Shown: positions 56,421 to 64,000 of the stretch, in pieces
How the letters are laid out: each line of letters starts with the position of its first letter
Position numbering within the stretch: the stretch's first letter is position 1
Source: Actinomycetota bacterium
GTDB lineage: Bacteria; Actinomycetota; Acidimicrobiia; Acidimicrobiales; SZUA-35
NCBI GenBank assembly: GCA_039029735.1
Contig: JBCCFL010000003.1
Span: 12,257 to 76,256, forward strand
Direction: 5' to 3'
Length of the DNA stretch: 64,000 bases
The notes under the pieces: model-generated
What the model saw: the letters and a program-made list of their open reading frames with translations, nothing else
Databases searched by the model: none
What the model was told of the DNA's origin: nothing
Made by a program: the position numbers and the translations under genes

Positions 56421-57077
56421 ATGTTCTTCAACGTCGGCGGTCCTGAGATCCTGGTGATCGCCATGGTGGCCCTGATCGCCGTGGGCCCCGACCAGCTCCC
56501 CGGCATGATCCGCCGGATCGGACGGTTCGCGGCCGAGGCCAGGGCCGTCACGTCGAACCTCCGCAACGAGTTCATGGCCGGGATCGACGAGATCGCCGAC
56601 TCGGTGGAGGAGGCGAAGGCCGAAGTCGAGGGTACGTGGCTCGGAACCGGCTCTGCCGACGATCCTGTGGTTCCCCGGGGCTTCGCCGAGCAGGAGAAGA
56701 AGCGAGCCGCAGAGCTCGATGCCGATGCCGATGCCCGAGAGGCGGCGGCCGCAGTCGGTGCCTCGGCTGGGGGCCGGCTCGGACGTGACGACGGGCCCGG
56801 TGCAGACGACGGCTCGTCGAGCAACGGCTCTGGTGGCGGGCGGCTGGGCCGCAGCGACGACCCCATGGCCGATCCCGAGGTGGCGGCAGCCGTTGAACCG
56901 TCGGCGGTCGACACCCAGGTCGTCGACGCCGAACCCACCGAGGTCGCAGCGGCCGAGCCGGGGCCTGTGGACGTCTCGCCCACCGACATCCGGCCCGCCG
57001 AGTCGGAGGCTGCTGTCGATGACGAGTCTGTCGCCCATGGCGACGAGACGAGCATCGGCGACGGGGAGCGCTCATGA
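56421..57077 (+). CDS. tatB: twin-arginine translocase subunit, TatB-like (TatA/B family)
   Basis: MFFNVGGPEILVIAMVALIAVGPDQLP followed by an amphipathic helix and a long acidic tail. Overlaps the tatC start. Confidence 0.8.
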   Translation: MFFNVGGPEILVIAMVALIAVGPDQLPGMIRRIGRFAAEARAVTSNLRNEFMAGIDEIADSVEEAKAEVEGTWLGTGSADDPVVPRGFAEQEKKRAAELDADADAREAAAAVGASAGGRLGRDDGPGADDGSSSNGSGGGRLGRSDDPMADPEVAAAVEPSAVDTQVVDAEPTEVAAAEPGPVDVSPTDIRPAESEAAVDDESVAHGDETSIGDGERS

Positions 57078-57874
57078 GGAATCCCTTGCGATCCGGCTCA
57101 CAAGAGCCGCAGGAAGATCCCCAGCCCACCACGGCAGGGGAGATGCCCCTCCTCGGACACCTCCGCGAGCTGCGGGTCCGGCTGATCCGTTCGGTGCTCG
57201 CCATTGTGATCGGGTTCATCGTGGTGTGGATCTTGTTCGATCCCATCTTCGGCTTCCTCGAACAGCCGTACTGCGATCAGCAGGAGGCCGCCGGGGCCGA
57301 GTGCTCGTTCATCATCCGGGGGCCGCTCGAAGGCTTCTCCACCGTGCTGTCGATCGCCGGGTACGGGGGGCTGATCCTCGCCCTGCCCGTGATCCTCTAC
57401 CAGATGGGCCGGTTCATCCTGCCCGGGCTCTACCCCCACGAGCGCAAGATCCTGCTTCCCTTCGTGGCCGTGTCGGTGATCTTGTTGATGATCGGCATGG
57501 TGTGCGGCTACCTGCTGATGCCCAAGACGCTCGAGGTGCTCGGTGGGTTCGGGTCCGAGACCTTCCGCGACGAGTTCTCCCCCCGTGAGTACGTCAGCTT
57601 CTTCGTGAAGATGCTCCTGGCGTTCGGCATCGCCGCCGAACTCCCGCTCGTGTTGGTGTTCTTGCAGTTGATCGGTGTGGTGCCCACCCGGGTGCTGCGA
57701 AAGAACCGCCGGATCGCAATCGTGGGCGTGGTGATCCTGGCTGCGCTCGTCACCCCCACCGGTGACCCGTTCACCCTCGCGGTGCTGGCGATTCCGATGT
57801 ACATCTTCTACGAAGTGGCCATCATCATCGGCGGCCAGATGACCAAGCGCCGCACGCAGCCGCTGGCCACCTGA
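57074..57874 (+). CDS. tatC: twin-arginine translocase subunit TatC
   Basis: MPLLGHLRELRVRLIRS... with six TM helices, the typical TatC pattern. Confidence 0.95.
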   Translation: MRNPLRSGSQEPQEDPQPTTAGEMPLLGHLRELRVRLIRSVLAIVIGFIVVWILFDPIFGFLEQPYCDQQEAAGAECSFIIRGPLEGFSTVLSIAGYGGLILALPVILYQMGRFILPGLYPHERKILLPFVAVSVILLMIGMVCGYLLMPKTLEVLGGFGSETFRDEFSPREYVSFFVKMLLAFGIAAELPLVLVFLQLIGVVPTRVLRKNRRIAIVGVVILAALVTPTGDPFTLAVLAIPMYIFYEVAIIIGGQMTKRRTQPLAT

Positions 57875-60624
57875 TGGACGGCGAACGGCAGCCGGACCCG
57901 GCTCGCCGCACCTTCTACGACAGGCTCGGGTTCGAGCCGGACGAGTTCCAGGTGCGGGCCTTCGACGAACTCGACGACGGCCGGAACGTGATCGTTGCCG
58001 CCCCCACCGGGGCCGGCAAGACCCTGGTGGCCGGCTATGCCGTGGAGCTGGCGCTGCGCCACGGCCAGCGGGTGTTCTACACCACGCCGATCAAGGCGCT
58101 GTCGAACCAGAAGTACCACGATCTCGTTGCCGACTACGGGCGTGACGCCGTTGGTCTGCTCACGGGCGACAACGCCGTGAACCCTGACGCCTCGGTGGTG
58201 GTGATGACCACCGAGGTGCTGCGCAACATGCTCTACGCCGGCAACGAACTCGCCGGGCTGGCCTCGGTGGTGCTCGACGAGGTGCACTACCTGCAGGACG
58301 CCTACCGGGGTCCGGTGTGGGAGGAGGTGATCATCCACCTCCCGCGCACGATCCAGCTGGTGTGCCTCTCGGCCACGGTGTCGAACGCCGACGAGCTCGC
58401 CGAGTGGATCGAGACCGTGCGGGGCCCGACCGCCCTCGTGATCGAGACGGCGCGGCCGGTGGCGCTCGAGAACCACTACCTCGTCGGCGAGCGTAAAACC
58501 AGCCATCTGCACTTTCTCAAGACGGTCAAGGGCACCAAGCCGAACTCCAACGGCTTCCGCTACGACCTCGATCCACGCCAGCTCGGCAAGGCCCGGGGCC
58601 GCGGGTACAAGCAGGGCCGCCGCCCCCCTCGGCCGTGGCGCACCCCAGCCCGGCTCGATGTCGTGGAACTCCTCGCCGAACGAGATCTGTTGCCAGCCAT
58701 CCACTTCATCTTCAGTCGTGCTGGCTGCGACGAGGCGGCGGTGTCGGTGGCGAACTCGGGGTTGATCCTCACCTCCGACGCCGAACGGCAGCGAATCCGC
58801 ACGCTGGTGGCGGAGCGGGTGACGTCACTGGGGCCCGACGATCTCGACGTGTTGCAGTTCGACCAGTTCATGCGCGGGATCGAGGTGGGGGTGGCACCCC
58901 ACCACGCAGGCATGGTCCCGCCGCTGAAGGAGGCGGTCGAGGCCTGCTTCGTGGAGGGCCTCGTGAAGGTGGTGTTCGCCACCGAGACCCTGGCCCTGGG
59001 CATCAACATGCCGGCCCGCACCGTGGTGCTCGACAAGCTCACGAAGTTCACCGGCGACCACCACGAGCCGCTCACGCCAGCGCAGTACACCCAGCTCACC
59101 GGGCGCGCCGGGCGGCGGGGCATCGACACCCAGGGCAAGGCCGTGGTGCTGTGGTCGCCCTATGTGCGCTTCGAACAGGTGGCCGACCTGGCGTTGAGCC
59201 GCAAGTTCGTACTCACCTCGTCGTTCCGGCCCACCTACAACATGGCCGCCAACCTGGTGCGCCGCTACGACCCCGAGCGGGCGCGACAGCTCCTCAACCT
59301 GTCCTTCGCCCAGTTCCGGGCCGACGCTGGCGTGGCGCGCTCTGAGCACAAGGTGGAGCGGCTCGTCGATCGCCGTCGTCAGATCGAGCGCCGGATCGAG
59401 CGCGAGTTCGGGCCCGTGTCCGAGTTGCTCGCCGCGCTCGGAACTCCGGCGGGCGACGGTGACGGTGGCGGAGACGCCGCTGCCATCAACTTCGGCCTGA
59501 GCCAGCTCACGCCGGGCGACATCGCCACCTTCGTCGGCCCCGACGCGCCCGGCATGGCTGCGGTGTTGGCTGTTGCCTCCCGCAAGGGTGGCGCAGTGAA
59601 AGTGCGCGCCGTCGACCCGAGTGGCGACATCGTGGAACTGAGCGCCGCCGATCTGGACGAGCCGCCGATCCTCGCCGGCCGTCTCGATCTCCCCGAGCCC
59701 TACCTGCCAGCCAGCGTGGCGTTTGCCCACGAGGTGGCATCGGACCTGGCCCGTAGGCGGCCGCCGTCACCCAAGCGGGCCCGATCGCTCGGGCCGAGCG
59801 GTGGGGTACGCACCGCAGCCGACGTGCCTGCCGCGGCCCGCAAGGCCTTGCGCCGCCTTGACCGCATCGACGAGGACCTCTCCCGGATCAACTCCGCCGC
59901 CAACCGTCGGGCCGAGTCGCTCGCCGGCCAGTTCGACCGGGTGATCGAGCTGCTCGTCGAGCGTGGCCACGTGGAGGAGGAGAACGGTCGTGGGGAGCAG
60001 CGCTGGGCCCTCACCGACTCCGGCCAGCGGCTCGCACGGCTCTACCACGAATGTGATCTGCTCGTGATCGAGGCGATGGAGCGAGGGCTGTTCGACGATC
60101 TCCCCCCATCGGAGGTGGCCGCCCTGGCATCCGCCGTGGTTTACGAGGAGCGTCGCAGCACCGGCCCCGGCCTCCGGGAGCCGTGGTACCCATCGGACCG
60201 GCTCCGGCGTCGCTTCCTCCAGATGCAGGGGCTGCATCTCGACCTGGCGTCGAACGAGGCCGACGCGAAGCTGCCAACCACCCGCCAGCCCGATGCAGGC
60301 TTCATGGCCATCGCCCACGCCTGGGCGGCCGGAGGCGATCTCGCTGACGTGTTGGCCGATGAGGAGATCACGGCCGGTGACTTCGTGCGCACAGCGAAAC
60401 AGCTCATGGACCTGCTGCGTCAGCTCGGGCTCCTCGCGATGGTGCCGGCCACGGCGTCGGCGGCCCGCGCCGCCGCAGACGCTGTGTTCCGAGACCTGGT
60501 TGCCGCGTCGTCTGTGATCGACACACAGTCCGATTCGAGCGCTGACGCGGCCGACGACGGCGCGTCGACTGGCTCGGATGACACAGGCGAGGCAGATGAG
60601 GTCGACACCCCACCGGCGTCATGA
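57874..60624 (+). CDS. helY: Ski2-like DEAD/DEAH-box RNA helicase HelY
   Basis: Walker A AAPTGAGKT and the DEVH box. About 915 aa, positioned after tatC as in mycobacteria. Confidence 0.9.
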   Translation: MDGERQPDPARRTFYDRLGFEPDEFQVRAFDELDDGRNVIVAAPTGAGKTLVAGYAVELALRHGQRVFYTTPIKALSNQKYHDLVADYGRDAVGLLTGDNAVNPDASVVVMTTEVLRNMLYAGNELAGLASVVLDEVHYLQDAYRGPVWEEVIIHLPRTIQLVCLSATVSNADELAEWIETVRGPTALVIETARPVALENHYLVGERKTSHLHFLKTVKGTKPNSNGFRYDLDPRQLGKARGRGYKQGRRPPRPWRTPARLDVVELLAERDLLPAIHFIFSRAGCDEAAVSVANSGLILTSDAERQRIRTLVAERVTSLGPDDLDVLQFDQFMRGIEVGVAPHHAGMVPPLKEAVEACFVEGLVKVVFATETLALGINMPARTVVLDKLTKFTGDHHEPLTPAQYTQLTGRAGRRGIDTQGKAVVLWSPYVRFEQVADLALSRKFVLTSSFRPTYNMAANLVRRYDPERARQLLNLSFAQFRADAGVARSEHKVERLVDRRRQIERRIEREFGPVSELLAALGTPAGDGDGGGDAAAINFGLSQLTPGDIATFVGPDAPGMAAVLAVASRKGGAVKVRAVDPSGDIVELSAADLDEPPILAGRLDLPEPYLPASVAFAHEVASDLARRRPPSPKRARSLGPSGGVRTAADVPAAARKALRRLDRIDEDLSRINSAANRRAESLAGQFDRVIELLVERGHVEEENGRGEQRWALTDSGQRLARLYHECDLLVIEAMERGLFDDLPPSEVAALASAVVYEERRSTGPGLREPWYPSDRLRRRFLQMQGLHLDLASNEADAKLPTTRQPDAGFMAIAHAWAAGGDLADVLADEEITAGDFVRTAKQLMDLLRQLGLLAMVPATASAARAAADAVFRDLVAASSVIDTQSDSSADAADDGASTGSDDTGEADEVDTPPAS

Positions 60625-61232
60625 CCATCCGCAAAGGTGAGGAGTGGGGGTACGACGCCGAGCCCGGCCCTCACGTGGTGCAGGTGCGCGACGATGCCGA
60701 CCTGGCTCAGCGGGCCCACGACAGCGTGCGAGGCGGGCAACCGTTGATCGCCCGCCTTGGGGCTGGCGATCTCTTGGCAACACTGGGTGGGAGCCCGCCC
60801 CAGCCAGGGCGACTGGTACGCCATCTGCCCATCGATCTCGGGTTGATCGTCGTCGATGACGGCGACCCGCTGCCCTTCGTCTCCCACTGCGTGTTGCGGC
60901 GGCGGGCCTGGCAGGGACAGTCGGCGGTGGTGATGAACGCCGGGTGGCTCGGGCCGTACTACCTCGGCCCCAAGGCCCATCCCAACGACGGCATCCTCGA
61001 CATCACCTGGGGTGCACTCGGCTGGAACCAGCGGCTCCTGGCGCGACGGCGGGCCAAGACCGGAAGCCACCTGCCGCACCCCGCCCTCACCACGGCCCGT
61101 GTGGCGACATGGGAGTGGACAGCCGAGCAGCCGGTGAGGCTCTACACCGACGGCGTGGCGGCTGGTCCCCGGCGGGTGCGGAGCGTGGCCGTGTCGGTGG
61201 TTCCCGACGCATTCACGGTGGTGCTCGGCTGA
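60621..61232 (+). CDS. hypothetical protein (weak resemblance to the lipid-kinase accessory beta-domain)
   Basis: Translationally coupled to helY (ATGA). The HPNDGILDIT motif is reminiscent of the DAGK accessory domain, with no kinase N-domain. Confidence 0.45.
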   Translation: MTIRKGEEWGYDAEPGPHVVQVRDDADLAQRAHDSVRGGQPLIARLGAGDLLATLGGSPPQPGRLVRHLPIDLGLIVVDDGDPLPFVSHCVLRRRAWQGQSAVVMNAGWLGPYYLGPKAHPNDGILDITWGALGWNQRLLARRRAKTGSHLPHPALTTARVATWEWTAEQPVRLYTDGVAAGPRRVRSVAVSVVPDAFTVVLG

Positions 61233-61266
61233 GGCAGGGTCCAGCTGGCGGCAGAGCGTTGTCGCT

Positions 61267-62958
61267 GTGGACCGAGTGATGTGCATGGACAGCCTTCGCA
61301 GCGCGGTCCGCCCATTGCGTTCGTTCGCGTCCTACGCTCTCGCGGTGGCCCCGTACATTGTCGAGAGCTTCACGGACGACGAGCAGGACGTCCTGCGGCG
61401 CTACTTCACGAACCTCGACAAACCGGTGTTCGCCCTGGTGAACCTGCCTGAGGTGGTGAAGGGCGCCCTGTTCGCGCGCTACTCGCGGTCGTCGAAGAGC
61501 CTGCGGCGGCTGTTCCTCGACGAGTTCGTGGGTGAGCTCGACATCGAGGGCGACCAGACCGTCGACGCAACCATCGGCCTGGAACGAGCCGAGGAGCTCT
61601 ACGAGCGGGTGTTCGTGGAGTACGGCGACGATTCCGTCGCCCAGCTCGGCGGGGTGCACCTCGCCTGTGAGCAGGCCTCGAACCTCCTCACCAAGGTGCT
61701 CGAGTGGGGCCGGCTCGGCTCCTACCTGGAGCAGTCCACCCGCTACATCGCATACGACGGCCGCCCCGGTGGCCGCTACCGCTACTTCCGCGATCCCGAT
61801 GTGCTGTCGTCAACGCTCGGCACCCGCTACATCGGGGACCTCGACCGGCTCTTCGACGCCTATGCCGCAATGACGCCGGTGGCCCAGGACCATGTCCGAG
61901 CCACCACGCCGAAGGTGCCCGGTGACAGCGACTTCGTCTACCGCATGGCGGTGAAGGCCAAGGCCCTCGATGCCGTCCGCGGTGTGCTGCCCGCAGCTGC
62001 GCAGTCCAACGTTGGAATCTATGCCTCGGGCCAGAGCTACGAGCAGCTGCTCCTGCGGATGCGGGCCGAGCCGCTGCCCGAGGCCCGTCAGTACGCAGAT
62101 CTGATGCTCACCGAGCTGCGCAAGGTGATCCCGTCGTTCGTGCGCCGGGTCGACCTGCCCGATCGGGGCGTGGAGACCAGCAACTACATGGCGGCGAACC
62201 GGTCGTCGATGTCGGACCTGGCGGCCGAGATCTTCGGGTCGGCCGACATCTACGACGACGACGCTCGCGTCGACCTGGTGGACTTCGATCCCGACGCCGA
62301 GATCAAGATGGTGGCGTCGATGCTCTACCCCCATTCACATCTCGCCGAGCGCGACATCGAGCACCGGGTGAGAGCCATGTCGGCCGACGATCGGGTGCGG
62401 GTGGTGGAGGCGTACTGCGGTGATCGCACCAACCGGCGCCATCGTCCCGGTCGAGCGCTCGAGCGGCCCTTCTACCGGTTCGACGTTCTCGCCGACTACG
62501 GAGCCTTCCGTGATCTGCAGCGGCACCGGATGGCCACGATCGAATGGCAACAGCTCAACCCTCGGCACGGGTACACGCGTCCTGCGCTCGTCGACGAGGC
62601 GGGTCTGACCGATCAGTTCGACGAGGCCATGGAACGATCGGCCGACCTGTACGAGGTGCTTCGCGGCCAGTTCCCCGTGCAGGCCTCCTACGCCGTGGCG
62701 CTGGCCTACCGAGTGCGGTTCAACGTGAACCTCAATGCCAGGGCCGCGATGCACATGCTCGAGCTGCGCACCACCCCTCAGGGCCACCCCGCCTACCGCA
62801 GCGTGGCCCAGCAGATGCACCGGCTGATCGCGGATAAAGCCGGCCACAAGGCGGTTGCGGCTATGATGCAATTCGTCAATCACTCCACGGAGGCGGACCT
62901 GGAGCGATTGGATGCGGAGAGACGGGCAGAAGCAAAGCGCGCGGGTAATACTGCCTAG
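61267..62958 (+). CDS. long two-domain ThyX-like (flavin-dependent thymidylate synthase family) protein
   Basis: The C-terminal half has FRDLQRHRM (a ThyX RHR motif context). The N-terminal half has the degenerate FARYSRSS. About 560 aa, against about 250 aa for canonical ThyX. Confidence 0.6.
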   Translation: MDRVMCMDSLRSAVRPLRSFASYALAVAPYIVESFTDDEQDVLRRYFTNLDKPVFALVNLPEVVKGALFARYSRSSKSLRRLFLDEFVGELDIEGDQTVDATIGLERAEELYERVFVEYGDDSVAQLGGVHLACEQASNLLTKVLEWGRLGSYLEQSTRYIAYDGRPGGRYRYFRDPDVLSSTLGTRYIGDLDRLFDAYAAMTPVAQDHVRATTPKVPGDSDFVYRMAVKAKALDAVRGVLPAAAQSNVGIYASGQSYEQLLLRMRAEPLPEARQYADLMLTELRKVIPSFVRRVDLPDRGVETSNYMAANRSSMSDLAAEIFGSADIYDDDARVDLVDFDPDAEIKMVASMLYPHSHLAERDIEHRVRAMSADDRVRVVEAYCGDRTNRRHRPGRALERPFYRFDVLADYGAFRDLQRHRMATIEWQQLNPRHGYTRPALVDEAGLTDQFDEAMERSADLYEVLRGQFPVQASYAVALAYRVRFNVNLNARAAMHMLELRTTPQGHPAYRSVAQQMHRLIADKAGHKAVAAMMQFVNHSTEADLERLDAERRAEAKRAGNTA

Positions 62959-63009
62959 CTTTGGCCTACGGTCGCGTGGGCCCCGTACTGCATCGTCCCA
63001 GGAGGCCCG

Positions 63010-63873
63010 ATGGCCAATCCGAAGAAGATCGTCGCACCAGCCGCTGTGGTTGCCGTGATCGGCGCATTTGCACTGCTGCCCGTCGACCCGAGCTCGGCGC
63101 ATCCAACCCACGTGGTGGAGCCCGGCGACTCGCTCTCGGAGATCGCAGAGGCCCACGGCCTCTCGACCAGGTCGTTGGCTGACGCCAACGGGATCGGCAA
63201 CGCGAATCAGATCCGGATCGGACAAACACTGGTGATTCCCGGCGACGTCCAGCTCACCTACACGGTCGAGTCGGGAGACACTGTGAGTGGTATCGCTCGA
63301 CGGTTCGGCGTTCGGACCTCTGAGATCGTGAGCCTGAACGGCATCACGAACCCCGACCAGATCCGGTTGGGGCAAACGCTCAAGCTGCCCTCAGGTGCCG
63401 ACGAGGAGTCGATGCTGGCCCTCTATGCGGCTCGCTATCCGAACCTCCCCCGTTCGATCACCGACAACCCCGAGCGCCTTCGGTTGGTTCCGGTCTTTGA
63501 GCGCTGGGCCAAGGCCAACGGGATCTCGGTCGACCTGCTGATGGCCATGGCCTACCAGGAGTCCGGCTGGCAGGACGACGTGGTGTCGAGCGCCGGCGCG
63601 GTCGGAGTCGGCCAGCTGATGCCCGTCACCTCCGAGTGGGTCGCCGGGGAGCTCATCGGCGAACCTGGGCTCGATCCCTACGATCCTGAGGACAACGTGC
63701 GCATGAGCGCTCGGTTCATGCGGTGGCTGATCATTCGTATGGGAAGTGAGAGCAAGGCGCTCGCTGGCTACTACCAGGGGCCCACGTCCGTGGCTGCCCG
63801 TGGCGCCTATCCGGTGACCGATGCCTATGTGGCCAGCGTCACCAACGCACGTGCGCGATTCCAGTCGAGTTGA
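63010..63873 (+). CDS. secreted LysM x2 plus lytic transglycosylase (SLT) domain protein
   Basis: Two LysM repeats (HVVEPGDSLSEIAEAHG..., YTVESGDTVSGIARRFG...) and the SLT motif AMAYQESGW...GVGQLMP. Confidence 0.85.
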   Translation: MANPKKIVAPAAVVAVIGAFALLPVDPSSAHPTHVVEPGDSLSEIAEAHGLSTRSLADANGIGNANQIRIGQTLVIPGDVQLTYTVESGDTVSGIARRFGVRTSEIVSLNGITNPDQIRLGQTLKLPSGADEESMLALYAARYPNLPRSITDNPERLRLVPVFERWAKANGISVDLLMAMAYQESGWQDDVVSSAGAVGVGQLMPVTSEWVAGELIGEPGLDPYDPEDNVRMSARFMRWLIIRMGSESKALAGYYQGPTSVAARGAYPVTDAYVASVTNARARFQSS

Positions 63874-64000
63874 CGTCGATCAGGTTTGTTGCGAAGGTGC
63901 TCCCATCTCGGGCTGTAAGTGGCTAGAGTCCGGCCGATCCGAGAACGTGCGACCACGGGACTTGCTCGATGAGTGACGACACAGAAGAGGAACTCGAAGG

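Overview
High-GC (roughly two-thirds G+C by eye) actinobacterial chromosome segment, densely coding, with about 58 protein genes. I found no rRNA, tRNA, CRISPR, transposase or integrase. The taxonomic call rests on content: a complete Pup-proteasome locus (arc/mpa, dop, pup, prcB, prcA, pafA, pafB, pafC) followed by tatB-tatC-helY as in mycobacteria, the gcvH/garA-like FHA/bifunctional nuclease/MerR cluster, a mycothiol-dependent-enzyme family protein, an Rpf-like transglycosylase-like protein and a WS/DGAT. The rest is housekeeping or envelope: a PII protein, an ammonium transporter, a PBP, sortase F with an ECF sigma/anti-sigma pair, a BisC-like molybdoenzyme, oligopeptidase B, signal peptidase I, a GGDEF cyclase and a ThyX-like protein. 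The best lead is a TlpA/ResA-like thioredoxin-fold lipoprotein (28094-28648, minus). Its reading frame has an in-frame TGA exactly at the first Cys of the WAPW-CxxC motif, stays open and homologous for 100 more codons, and has a GGUC-loop hairpin 18 nt downstream. That makes it a candidate UxxC selenoprotein (alternative: a point-mutated pseudogene) that ORF callers truncate. Other leads: a convergent S8 protease with a (GSSWT)n tail and a strong terminator splitting pup from prcBA; a 90-bp tandem duplication in front of prcB; an 8 x 14-bp low-GC tandem array upstream of an OmpR-type regulator with a collapsed receiver that sits next to amt; a translationally coupled DUF4397/sortase F/sigma/anti-sigma operon with a non-LPXTG sorting signal; and a perfect (GTCGGT)10 microsatellite inside a GntR gene. 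Family assignments come from motifs I read in the translations. No database search was run.
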